Translations under genes and position numbers: made by a program
Source: a virus
Lineage: Duplodnaviria; Caudoviricetes
Reading direction: 5' to 3' (one strand)
Virus record (IMG/VR): IMGVR_UViG_3300040734_000024
Span: 1-50,493 of that record
Length of the DNA stretch: 50,493 bases
Notes under the pieces: generated by a model
What the model saw: the letters and a program-made list of their open reading frames with translations, nothing else
Databases searched by the model: none
What the model was told of the DNA's origin: nothing
Part shown: in pieces, positions 16,262 through 24,785 of the stretch
Position numbering within the stretch: the stretch's first letter is position 1
Layout: the number at the start of each line of letters is the position of its first letter

Positions 16262-16301
16262 GTGTCCAAACCTCCGGCTAGTTTGTTTAATAGCCGGAGG
16301 T
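16262..16301 (+). promoter_or_regulatory. Phage promoter-like motif, copy 7, within an 11-bp anti-SD hairpin
   Basis: GTGTCC-N16-TGTTTAATA; ACCTCCGGCTA / TAGCCGGAGGT. Confidence 0.8.
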
Positions 16302-16308
16302 ACTTATC

Positions 16309-16830
16309 ATGGTTCATGTTCGCACTCACGGATACCACCCGAAAATAGCGGCGATGAAAGAGGGAATGGAACTGCGCCGCAAAATCCAGGCTTACAAAGA
16401 GGAAATAAACCGCAAGCACATGCTGTATGTGCAATACTGGTTAGCTCGTGTCCAGTTATCCATCGGTTTGTTGCGAGACGTTGATCCTGATTTTCTTCTC
16501 TGGTATGACGACGACCGGAATATCCCAGATGACGCCACGAACAAAGAACTCACCCTGTTGATGGAAAACCGCCTATGTCAGTTCATACCGGATTACAAAC
16601 CGGCATGCGCAAAGCTGTATAAGGGAGTGTATATCTGGACAGATAGGTATCAGTATTCAAAATTCCCCGTGTGCATTTTCGACACGGAACGCAATATCCA
16701 TCCGTACTCAACCGTTCAGGAAGCTAAGCAGTTTATTGACCGCTTGACCGGTTGGGAAAACCTGAACGACTGGAAAATCGCTTACGGCGTTTTCATCTGC
16801 GATGACTCGCAAGATAAAAAATTAGGATAA
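16309..16830 (+). CDS. Hypothetical protein
   Basis: GGAGGT RBS, 173 aa. Confidence 0.65.
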   Translation: MVHVRTHGYHPKIAAMKEGMELRRKIQAYKEEINRKHMLYVQYWLARVQLSIGLLRDVDPDFLLWYDDDRNIPDDATNKELTLLMENRLCQFIPDYKPACAKLYKGVYIWTDRYQYSKFPVCIFDTERNIHPYSTVQEAKQFIDRLTGWENLNDWKIAYGVFICDDSQDKKLG

Positions 16831-16850
16831 AAAGGAGGTGATCCCACTCT

Positions 16851-16876
16851 AGCCCCTGGCAACCCAGGGGCTTTTT
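16851..16876 (+). terminator. Rho-independent terminator
   Basis: AGCCCCTGG-CAAC-CCAGGGGCT followed by TTTT. Confidence 0.75.
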
Positions 16877-16877
16877 G

Positions 16878-16908
16878 CTGTCCAAAGCAAGCGGGTATTT
16901 GTTTAATA
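16878..16908 (+). promoter_or_regulatory. Phage promoter-like motif, copy 8
   Basis: CTGTCC-N16-TGTTTAATA directly after a terminator. Confidence 0.75.
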
Positions 16909-16933
16909 CTCACACATTTTTACAGGAGTTTAT

Positions 16934-17749
16934 ATGACCCTCTCGAAGACTTTGAACTTTAGCACACCTGTATTGGAAGTTCTACGATCAATGTTATGGT
17001 CTGAGGACGGTACGCTCGGTTCCATCCCGGTTCAACTGGACAGAAACCTTTATACCGAAGTGAACAAAGCGCTGGCCGCAATGGGCGGACATTGGAACCG
17101 GTCTGCTGGGGCGCACGTGTTCACAGCCGATCCCCGCCCACTTGTTGACGGCCTTCTGGACACCGGTTCGCTGGTGGTGGAGCGTGATGGCTTCTATGAA
17201 ACCCCCAAAGTAGTTGTCGAAAAGATGTTGAGCGAATTACCTTTCCCTCGCACAGACGCATGTATCCTTGAACCCTCAGCCGGCAAGGGTGCAATCCTCG
17301 GGGTACTTTTAAGTCACCTATCTATTCACCCAGAGTTGAAACCCTACTCCTACAAATTCACCGCAATTGAGAAAAACGCTTCCCGACGGCAATACATTGC
17401 TGAAAACTTCAAACAGGTATCCGTCCTTGAAGTAGTCGATTTTCTCGAATACAACCTAGTCATCTATCCACCGTTTGATCGTATCTACATGAACCCTCCG
17501 TTCGAGGAAGGTCAGGACATAGACCATGTCCGCCACGCCTATGACCTGCTGAAGCCGTATACCGGAAAGCTGGCCGCCGTGATGTCTGAGGGCGTGTTCT
17601 TTCGCTCCGATAAGAAATCCGCATCTTTCAGGGAATGGCTGGCAGAGCATGACGGGTACAGCGTTTTCTTGCCTGGAAACTCGTTCAAAGAAAGCGGAAC
17701 CGGAGTGAACACCCGCCTTGTATTCGTGAACCGGTCCAACGTGGTTTAG
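16934..17749 (+). CDS. SAM-dependent amino-methyltransferase (probably DNA N6-adenine)
   Basis: FYETP, ILEPSAGKGA, MNPPF, FKESGTGVNT motifs. Confidence 0.88.
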   Translation: MTLSKTLNFSTPVLEVLRSMLWSEDGTLGSIPVQLDRNLYTEVNKALAAMGGHWNRSAGAHVFTADPRPLVDGLLDTGSLVVERDGFYETPKVVVEKMLSELPFPRTDACILEPSAGKGAILGVLLSHLSIHPELKPYSYKFTAIEKNASRRQYIAENFKQVSVLEVVDFLEYNLVIYPPFDRIYMNPPFEEGQDIDHVRHAYDLLKPYTGKLAAVMSEGVFFRSDKKSASFREWLAEHDGYSVFLPGNSFKESGTGVNTRLVFVNRSNVV

Positions 17750-17765
17750 GCGAACTGACCGCCCG

Positions 17766-17796
17766 GTGTCCAAAGCCGGGCGGTGTTTGTTTAATA
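17766..17796 (+). promoter_or_regulatory. Phage promoter-like motif, copy 9
   Basis: GTGTCC-N16-TGTTTAATA; the -35 sits in the loop of ACCGCCCGG/CCGGGCGGT. Confidence 0.8.
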
Positions 17797-17812
17797 CTGA
17801 GGAGAAATTAAC

Positions 17813-18217
17813 ATGCCAGAACCTACTAATCTTGAAAAACTCGAAGAGCTTTACTATCACCGCACGCTGATCGCTTCCTCTAAAAAGCAGGCGCAGGACG
17901 CCGTGATCCCGCTTGATGTCGCCCAGGAACTCGAAGCGATTGACTACGAGTTCGGCCAGAAGGAAGAAGCCCTGGCGAAGAAAATCCAAGAGCTCGAAGA
18001 AGCATGAAAACTGGAAGCTATCGCTGCCGGCCAGACCATCCAGTCGGAGCATTTCCAGGTAATCTACACCCGGCCTTCATACGCCGTGAGCAGCAAGGAT
18101 GTTATCGCTCTGGCGAACCGGTGGGAGAAGACCAACCCGGAAGTATCGAAAGAGATTATGAGCATCCTTACCCTTTCAAAACCAAAGACCAGCATCCAGC
18201 CCCGGAAGACAGCATGA
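17813..18217 (+). pseudogene. Hypothetical phage protein interrupted by an in-frame TGA (18005-18007)
   Basis: The frame stays open for 69 more codons (KLEAIAAGQT...QPRKTA) to a stop coupled (ATGA) to the next gene. Confidence 0.6.
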
Positions 18218-18333
18218 ACAATGCTGATTACGTGCTGTTGTTCATACTCTGTCTTGCAGCTTACGTTCTTTTACGTGTGATCGAAACCACCGTACGAAAG
18301 GAGAAAAGCGAGAATGGCAAACCAAAGCACTAA
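18214..18333 (+). CDS. Small membrane peptide
   Basis: MNNADYVLLFILCLAAYVLL; ATGA coupling. Confidence 0.45.
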   Translation: MNNADYVLLFILCLAAYVLLRVIETTVRKEKSENGKPKH

Positions 18334-18499
18334 GTGCGCCAGGTGCGGGAAACCTTCCCCGCACCTTACTCAACTCTTGTGGATGCGCGGGCCGAATGGC
18401 TTTCGTAAATACATGATCTGCGATACCTGCAAGCCGCTTGTGGAAAATGACAACAATTCAAAAAAGCCCCCTGCAGAACCGAAGGGGGTGGTGAAATGA
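18314..18499 (+). CDS. Small zinc-finger protein
   Basis: CARC...CDTC; AAGGAG RBS. Confidence 0.55.
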   Translation: MANQSTKCARCGKPSPHLTQLLWMRGPNGFRKYMICDTCKPLVENDNNSKKPPAEPKGVVK

Positions 18500-18708
18500 G
18501 CAAAAACCTGAGCGGCTATCGAATATACGTGGTCTGCCCGGTCTGTAAACGGGCATTGGTCGGGTATGTCCCCAAAGGCGGCGATGGAAGCCAGTACAAC
18601 GCTAGGAAGCACAAGTTTATTGCCAGGTCATGCCCCGGAAGTTTTCAGCCCGCCGAAATCGCTGAAACCAAAACCCAGCTACGCCTAAACGGAAGGGGGA
18701 GAGGATGA
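18496..18708 (+). CDS. Small Cys-rich protein
   Basis: CPVC...H...CPGS; coupled ORF. Confidence 0.55.
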   Translation: MSKNLSGYRIYVVCPVCKRALVGYVPKGGDGSQYNARKHKFIARSCPGSFQPAEIAETKTQLRLNGRGRG

Positions 18709-19238
18709 GTAATCCAAGTTGGAAGTTTGATATTGAGGACATGCGCCGGTATGCAGACAGGTACCGCGGTAAGGACGTGATGGGCGGTCCGTACTGGCCT
18801 ATGGTTTTCAGATTTCCGATCCTGTTCGATGAATATGAAAAGCAAGTCAAGCAAGTCAAGCTATCCAGGCAGATGGAGAAAACCGGCAATGCAGCGAATT
18901 GCATTATTCGAGAGCTACGTGACACCATTGTTTCATTTGATGACAAGGGGATTTTTAAGGATACTCTCGACGCTATTGACCAGTTCTTAAGCGGTGACGA
19001 TCCCTTCTCCGGCGTATACGACGAAAAGAAGGAACTTGAAAGACAGGTTTCTATCATGCGGGAAGCGCTGGAATGGTACGCGGATTTCCACAACTACAAC
19101 GAAGATTTTGCTCCTGTTGTTCCGCATAAAAACTCAAAATTCTTTGACGTTGATTTTGGTCACCACGCAAAAATGGCACTGAGACTATCCGGGAAAATAA
19201 AAGATATGTCAAAACAGGAAGGGGGGACGGATGATTAG
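18705..19238 (+). CDS. Hypothetical protein
   Basis: Coupled ORF, MREALEWYA motif. Confidence 0.6.
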   Translation: MSNPSWKFDIEDMRRYADRYRGKDVMGGPYWPMVFRFPILFDEYEKQVKQVKLSRQMEKTGNAANCIIRELRDTIVSFDDKGIFKDTLDAIDQFLSGDDPFSGVYDEKKELERQVSIMREALEWYADFHNYNEDFAPVVPHKNSKFFDVDFGHHAKMALRLSGKIKDMSKQEGGTDD

Positions 19239-19953
19239 CTTTTTCAATCTCTTATTATCCCCTTTCGATAAACTGGCTGGCCGGTGGTTATCCTGGCGTG
19301 CGGATCACGCCTTTAAGTCCGTGGATCCAAACACGGATGTGGAGATCCAGAGGGTTGAATTTAGCAAGGAAAAAGGGCTTAATATCGTTGGCACAGCACC
19401 AGGCATAGCTTATCTGGCTGACGAGTGCACAGAACTTTTGAAAAAATTCAAAGCTGACAACTACATCCAATTTGATATGATGCCCCGCTATGACAGGGGA
19501 CAAAAGCCGGTATGCGTAACGGTTGCATTTGCCAACGGGGAAATGCCGGCCATGAGAGCGGATAGGCTGAGCAGGATCATTGATGGGTTTGTTTCAGCCG
19601 TAAACAACCTGGAAAAATTACGGAACTCAAGGAACTTCGATGTAGATGTCGAAGACCTTGATGTTTGTATCCGGGAATTGAACGCATTGTGCAGCCTAGC
19701 GATAAAAAGAAATTCAACATCAGCGAAGATAGAGGCGCATAACTGGATAACTGTAGAAGAAAGGCTACCCGAAACAAAAGAGCGTGTCCTTGCGTTCGGG
19801 AAATCCGTTTACAGAGATAGCGAAAACGAATTTTATGCAGCCCGTTTTTATAACGGCGAATTTTCAATACCTGGGATCAGTGGTCTAAAGATAACCCACT
19901 GGCAACCCATGCCTGTACCACCAGAGGCAGAAGGGGAGGTAAGGCCGGCATGA
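19231..19953 (+). CDS. Protein with C-terminal DUF551-like domain
   Basis: WITVEERLPE...ITHWQPMPVPP. Confidence 0.7.
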   Translation: MISFFNLLLSPFDKLAGRWLSWRADHAFKSVDPNTDVEIQRVEFSKEKGLNIVGTAPGIAYLADECTELLKKFKADNYIQFDMMPRYDRGQKPVCVTVAFANGEMPAMRADRLSRIIDGFVSAVNNLEKLRNSRNFDVDVEDLDVCIRELNALCSLAIKRNSTSAKIEAHNWITVEERLPETKERVLAFGKSVYRDSENEFYAARFYNGEFSIPGISGLKITHWQPMPVPPEAEGEVRPA

Positions 19954-20684
19954 AGCGCTTACCGTTCAGCGATCAGATGTACATAGCTTTCGTGGAAAAC
20001 CGGAAGCGGCAAACCAGGAGAACGGGCGGGCTTCAAGATGTGAACTCGTATCCTGGAACCCTTGAAGGGAAGGGGGCTATGGGCGGACTTGGTTATAAGG
20101 GTCTGTGCCCGAGCGACTACTACATCAAGCCGTCACTGAAAGCAGACTACCGGAAAAACCCCGGTCTGTACCACTGGTTTGTAGGGGAACAGAACCGAGA
20201 GATAAACCCGATTATTGTGAAAGCTGCTTACCAGGTGGGGGATACCGTGGCTGTTGTCGCTTCAATCGAACGCTTCAACGTAGACGGTGTCCGTATTCAT
20301 GCTACCGGTGAAATTATTCATAAGCCGGAGTGGATACGCATAGGCAGTTACCGGGCATGGAAATGGAAGCCTGACATTTTACCAGCTAGATATTGTCCTG
20401 CCTCCTACGCTATCCGGGGCGCTAAAATCGTTGGCGTTCGAGCCGAACGGGTGCAGGATATTTCAGAAGACGATTGTGACGCAGAAGGAGCACCAGCAAT
20501 TGCGCCCAGTTATGAATGGATTATGTATTCATGGAATGAAGGGGAAAAAGTTGTAACTTCTCGCGATCCGGTAGATTGGTACAAATATGTGTGGGACTCC
20601 ATCAACGCAAAACGTGGTTTTGGTTTCGATACAAACCCATACGTGTTTGTTTATGAACTTGGTAAGGCATTTCTTTTACCATGA
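19950..20684 (+). CDS. ASCH/PUA-like phage protein
   Basis: RKRQTRR, WKP, VRAERVQDISEDDCDAEG, WDSIN...NPYVFVYE. Confidence 0.7.
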   Translation: MKRLPFSDQMYIAFVENRKRQTRRTGGLQDVNSYPGTLEGKGAMGGLGYKGLCPSDYYIKPSLKADYRKNPGLYHWFVGEQNREINPIIVKAAYQVGDTVAVVASIERFNVDGVRIHATGEIIHKPEWIRIGSYRAWKWKPDILPARYCPASYAIRGAKIVGVRAERVQDISEDDCDAEGAPAIAPSYEWIMYSWNEGEKVVTSRDPVDWYKYVWDSINAKRGFGFDTNPYVFVYELGKAFLLP

Positions 20685-20944
20685 CCACAATGCGTTGGAC
20701 AAAGAAAATGTCCCAGAAAGAGCATGCCAGGAACCGGGCAAGCCAACGCTACGGTATCCAGTTGACCAACCGTGACCTTTACCTGATCGGAAAGATGATT
20801 AGGGAAGGGAAAGCGACCGTCCATAAAAAACTAACCAACTCACGATCCGAGCATATATTGGAATACCAGGGTGTGCGAATGCGGGTGTGCTATGACAACA
20901 CCAGGAATAACGTATGCTCGTTTCTTCCTTTGGAGGAAAAATGA
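20681..20944 (+). CDS. Hypothetical protein
   Basis: HARNRASQRYGI; coupled ORF. Confidence 0.6.
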   Translation: MTTMRWTKKMSQKEHARNRASQRYGIQLTNRDLYLIGKMIREGKATVHKKLTNSRSEHILEYQGVRMRVCYDNTRNNVCSFLPLEEK

Positions 20945-21186
20945 CAACCGTTTTCTCACTTCCCCAGGATACCGATACCAGGATCGAGCAAGCGATTGCC
21001 GGCCGGGTCTGTACCGCCGCAGACGGATCACATATAAACCGTTCGTTTGGCCGGCGCAGGAGTGGACGGAAAGCACGGTATTTCGTTCACATGGCGAACG
21101 GTGACAGCTTCAGCGTATATGCCGATACGGACGAGCAAGCTGTTATAAAGGCAACGCTGAAGGCAGAAAAGAGGGAGAATGGGTAA
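20941..21186 (+). CDS. Hypothetical protein
   Basis: GGAGG RBS, ATGA coupling. Confidence 0.5.
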   Translation: MTTVFSLPQDTDTRIEQAIAGRVCTAADGSHINRSFGRRRSGRKARYFVHMANGDSFSVYADTDEQAVIKATLKAEKRENG

Positions 21187-21442
21187 CTCGTTTGACAGGA
21201 TGAAAAGGACTGATAAAGGCCGTTTTCTTGAACAGCAACCAGTAAACTGTCCCTGGTGTGGCGGACATGTTGAGATCGAAGACGGATGGAGCCGTGCACC
21301 ATTGGGTATATATGAGTGGAACGGATCGCATTTTGCCCAATGCCAAGAATGCGGAGCAAGAGGGCCTGATTTAGGGACACGATTAATGGCACGGCAAGAA
21401 TGGGATCGAATTGCAGAACAACACCAACTCATATTGAGTTGA
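21179..21442 (+). CDS. Lar-like (restriction alleviation) zinc-finger protein
   Basis: CPWCGG...CQECGARGP...A.QEWD. Confidence 0.6.
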   Translation: MGNSFDRMKRTDKGRFLEQQPVNCPWCGGHVEIEDGWSRAPLGIYEWNGSHFAQCQECGARGPDLGTRLMARQEWDRIAEQHQLILS

Positions 21443-21460
21443 TAGTAGAAAAGAGGATAA

Positions 21461-21847
21461 ATGACTAATTTTTCAGACCTCACAGACGAAAAGCTGAATG
21501 AGGCGTGTGCGAAGTACGCCGGGTGGGGACACCGGACAACAGCGACCAATGACGCTCCCTGCGGCTATGAAGATGTTTGGACACGAAAACATCAACTTGT
21601 TGAAGTGTGCCCGGATTACCTTACGGACAACCAGCTTTGCGGTGAATTGATCGACCAACTCATTCAGGATGGATATGACATTGGCCTGAGTGCGAACATA
21701 GCGTACTCATCCTTCGAGATCGGTGCAAACACCCAGGACGACCACTACATCGAAGCGGTCACGTCATCGGCTCATAACTGGCGGAGGTCTCTCGTATTGG
21801 CGTTCTGCAAGATCAAGGAGACTGAAGTCAGTGCCCGTTTACGTTGA
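21461..21847 (+). CDS. Hypothetical protein, ABA-sandwich-like
   Basis: LTDEKLNEACAKYAGW...PDYLTD. Confidence 0.55.
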   Translation: MTNFSDLTDEKLNEACAKYAGWGHRTTATNDAPCGYEDVWTRKHQLVEVCPDYLTDNQLCGELIDQLIQDGYDIGLSANIAYSSFEIGANTQDDHYIEAVTSSAHNWRRSLVLAFCKIKETEVSARLR

Positions 21848-22196
21848 CGACCTGGTTGATTGGGGAGCGTTCTGGGGCCACCATAAAGGTAAGTGGTGCC
21901 ACATGTTTGCAGATACCGTTGAGGAGTTGCACGATATGGCAGCAAAGATCGGCCTGAAGCGTTGTTGGTTCCAGAACAAACCTGGGCACCAGCACTACGA
22001 TTTACGAGAGACAAAGCGCACATTAGCGATTGCCAACGGCGCAACCCCTGTTACCAGGAGACAAATGTACGACCACTTTAAAGGGAAATCATCTAATGAA
22101 ACACAGAGCAGTAAATTTCAGCAAGGACCAACTTCAGGGTGCACGTCGGATCACCAACGACAACGGGAAGCGGGTTTGGATACTCCACGGGCGTGA
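21831..22196 (+). CDS. DUF4031 family protein
   Basis: VYVDD...WCHMFADTVEELHDMAAKIGLKRCWFQ...HYDL; GTG start after AAGGAG. Confidence 0.8.
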   Translation: MPVYVDDLVDWGAFWGHHKGKWCHMFADTVEELHDMAAKIGLKRCWFQNKPGHQHYDLRETKRTLAIANGATPVTRRQMYDHFKGKSSNETQSSKFQQGPTSGCTSDHQRQREAGLDTPRA

Positions 22197-22299
22197 GTTC
22201 ACCAGCAAACGCCAACTGTTTAGGTACCTTTATTTCCGCAACCGCAAACCGGTGGAGATCGAAGTCAGCGTACCGAAGGGGCAGGGTAATGGGAATTGA
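22096..22299 (+). CDS. Small basic hypothetical protein
   Basis: ORF with AAGGG RBS overlapping its neighbours. Confidence 0.4.
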   Translation: MKHRAVNFSKDQLQGARRITNDNGKRVWILHGREFTSKRQLFRYLYFRNRKPVEIEVSVPKGQGNGN

Positions 22300-23032
22300 A
22301 ACCGAGAAAGACCTTGCAAAACATATTATTGACTACCTAATTGACCAACACTGGGACGTCTATCAGGAAGTAAATTTTATGAGTGGCGGAAGCATCGCAG
22401 ATATTGTTGCTGTGCGCAGTGGGTATTTGTGGATCATCGAAACCAAAATGAGCCTTAGCTTATCGGTGATGGAACAGGCGTTCAGTTGGCATTCGCATTT
22501 TCGATCCGTAGCCGTACCTTACCAGAGAAAGGGTTTAAACGAACTGGCGTGTAGTATAGCGAAAGATTATTTGAAAATCGGTATCCTTTGCGTTGGAAAT
22601 GGGTATTCCTTTGAAGTAAAAGAAATAATTTCCCCAGCCCTTATGAGGGAAAATCGCAACTTTTGCAAAAGGTATTATTTTCCAAGATTGCAGAATTTTC
22701 CTAAAAACTATCTCGAAGCTGGTTCTAAAGGAGGCGGGTACTACACGCCTTATAAAGAGACAATGCACCATGTTCACACATTCATTTGTGATAATCCGGG
22801 CTGTTCCTTAAAGCAAATTATTGAAGGGGTAAAAGGTTGGCATTATGGCAGTACCGCTTCAGCAATTACCTGCATCCGGCGTGCACTCGAAAATTGGGAG
22901 AAAGACTGGTGCGAGGTAAAGAAGGAAGGGAATAGAACGACATACTTTGTCAGGTCTGGGTTAGAAAGAAAGCCGTATTCCACAATAGACCATGATAGAT
23001 TTCACAGGTCGGAGGTATATCTCAATGATTGA
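22289..23032 (+). CDS. PD-(D/E)XK nuclease-like protein
   Basis: VYQEV...IADIVAV...WIIETKMSLS. Confidence 0.65.
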   Translation: MGIETEKDLAKHIIDYLIDQHWDVYQEVNFMSGGSIADIVAVRSGYLWIIETKMSLSLSVMEQAFSWHSHFRSVAVPYQRKGLNELACSIAKDYLKIGILCVGNGYSFEVKEIISPALMRENRNFCKRYYFPRLQNFPKNYLEAGSKGGGYYTPYKETMHHVHTFICDNPGCSLKQIIEGVKGWHYGSTASAITCIRRALENWEKDWCEVKKEGNRTTYFVRSGLERKPYSTIDHDRFHRSEVYLND

Positions 23033-23273
23033 CCCTGGTGCCGGCAAGCAGGAAGACCTTTTCCTGAAAACTGAATTTGAATACCTCGTGTTCGTCCAGA
23101 TGGAAAGCACCGGACGCCCTCGCTACTTTTGCAAAACCAGGAGAAATCTGATCACTCTCGGGACGGTCGAATGGTTCGGTAAATGGAGAGCGTATGTTTA
23201 CACCCCAATCGAGCAGGCGGTTTATTCCTCCGGGTGCTTGAAAGACATCACCTGCTTCATGGATCAACTTTAG
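23025..23273 (+). CDS. Hypothetical protein
   Basis: GGAGG RBS; LGTVEWFGKWRAYVY. Confidence 0.6.
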   Translation: MIDPGAGKQEDLFLKTEFEYLVFVQMESTGRPRYFCKTRRNLITLGTVEWFGKWRAYVYTPIEQAVYSSGCLKDITCFMDQL

Positions 23274-23332
23274 CGTTAATAACGCTGGTTCTTATTCACA
23301 GATAGGGTCACAAATGAGGAGAGAGGTAATTG

Positions 23333-24538
23333 ATGAAGCGACAACAGACCCTTTTTGAAAATGTACGTATGACTTTGGATGAGTCTATCGAATTGACGGC
23401 GCAATCTTTATCGGCATACTCAGGTCAATACAATCATTGGGCTATCGCTTATAGCGGGGGGAAGGACTCCTCTGCGTTACTTACGATCACGCTAACTCTT
23501 ATCGAGCAGGGTCGTATTCCAAAACCAAAATCACTCACCGTTCTATATTCCGATACAAGGCAAGAACTTCCCCCGCTTCAGATAGGTGCAGTTGAAACAC
23601 TCAAAACCGTAAAAAATATGGGATACAACGCAAGTATTGTTTTGCCTGAGATTGATAAAAGGTTTTTCGTTTACATGCTTGGACGTGGTGTCCCACCGCC
23701 AAATAACAATACCCTCCGATGGTGTACTTCGCAAATCAAAGTAATTCCAATGATAAATGCGCTAAATGATCTGCGGATCAAGCATGGGGAAAAATTTCTG
23801 ATGCTTACTGGCGTAAGGATTGGTGAAAGCGCAGCACGTGACAGCCGGATCGCTCTTAGTTGTAGTAAAAATGGAGCCGAATGTGGTCAAGGATGGTTTC
23901 AGCAATCCACACCAGATAGCGTTGCTGATACACTGGCTCCAATTCTACACTGGCGGGTGTGCCATGTATGGGACTGGCTTTCATTCAACGCACACAAATC
24001 ATTTCCATCTGTTTCTTTCGTTGCTCAAGTATATGGTGGAGAGGAAGCTGAAGAAATAAACGCTCGCACCGGCTGCGTAGGTTGTCCATTGGCGACTAAA
24101 GATACAGCACTGGATCATATTTTGAAAATTCCAGAATGGGAATATTTACGCCCTTTAAAACGTTTGAGGCCGCTTTACGAGGAATTGAGAAAATTTAGTA
24201 ATAGAAAGCAAAAGAATGCTGAATGTAATAGCGATGGGAATTTATCTGCAAACCCATGTAGAAAAGGCCCGCTTACATTAGAGGCAAGAGAAAACGCCTT
24301 AGAACAAATACTTGATATTCAGAGTAATATTAACTCTCAGGCAATAATTCAACACAGGCCGGAAGTGTGGTTGATAGATGGTGTTGAAGAGTCTCGGATC
24401 AGGGAATTGATTTCCAAAAGAACATACCCTAACAAATGGTCTGATGCAGACCCTGATGCAACACAACCTATACCTCAGACATTTAATAATGGGGATAGGC
24501 AAGATTTGCTAACAGGTTTCTTACATTCTTTTTTCTAA
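23333..24538 (+). CDS. PAPS-reductase family protein, DndC-like
   Basis: AYSGGKDS PP-loop, SDT, LGRGVPPP..RWCT..IK, GVRIGES..R, PILHW...VWDWL, RTGCVGC. Confidence 0.85.
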   Translation: MKRQQTLFENVRMTLDESIELTAQSLSAYSGQYNHWAIAYSGGKDSSALLTITLTLIEQGRIPKPKSLTVLYSDTRQELPPLQIGAVETLKTVKNMGYNASIVLPEIDKRFFVYMLGRGVPPPNNNTLRWCTSQIKVIPMINALNDLRIKHGEKFLMLTGVRIGESAARDSRIALSCSKNGAECGQGWFQQSTPDSVADTLAPILHWRVCHVWDWLSFNAHKSFPSVSFVAQVYGGEEAEEINARTGCVGCPLATKDTALDHILKIPEWEYLRPLKRLRPLYEELRKFSNRKQKNAECNSDGNLSANPCRKGPLTLEARENALEQILDIQSNINSQAIIQHRPEVWLIDGVEESRIRELISKRTYPNKWSDADPDATQPIPQTFNNGDRQDLLTGFLHSFF

Positions 24539-24643
24539 TCTTCCTGGAATATCAGTTTTCAGTAACTAAGCTATAATCCTGCTGACGGAGTCCGCTTACT
24601 GATCCAGGCTTACCACCCCTACAACGGGGTGGTTCGCTTTAAA

Positions 24644-24671
24644 CCAAATACCCCACCGGTGGGGTATTTGG
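24644..24671. repeat. Perfect 28-bp palindrome at the junction of the convergent arms (probable terminator)
   Basis: CCAAATACCCCACCGGTGGGGTATTTGG. Confidence 0.7.
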
Positions 24672-24722
24672 CCGAACAAAATTATTTGTTAAAAATATTC
24701 CATTTGCATTATAGCGTAAATA

Positions 24723-24751
24723 AAGCCCCTTGCATTGTACACAAGGGGCTT
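24723..24751 (-). terminator. Terminator ending the late operon
   Basis: AAGCCCCTTG...CAAGGGGCTT hairpin with a U-rich tail on the minus strand. Confidence 0.65.
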
Positions 24752-24785
24752 GGCAAACCTGGACGCAGGAGACGCCCAGGCGTGC

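Noticed and set aside
2185-17796. Repeated GTGTCC...GTTTAATA motif as a CRISPR or mini-array repeat
   Set aside because: Copies are dispersed by hundreds to thousands of bp with a variable 16-nt interior; no repeat-spacer periodicity and no cas genes
17813-18217. Genome-wide TGA recoding or selenocysteine
   Set aside because: TGA ends many genes here with ATGA coupling; no suppressor or Sec tRNA seen
18004-18333. 109-aa ORF as listed in the track
   Set aside because: Its 5' part is better explained as the off-frame shadow of the read-through gene; only 18214-18333 looks genuine
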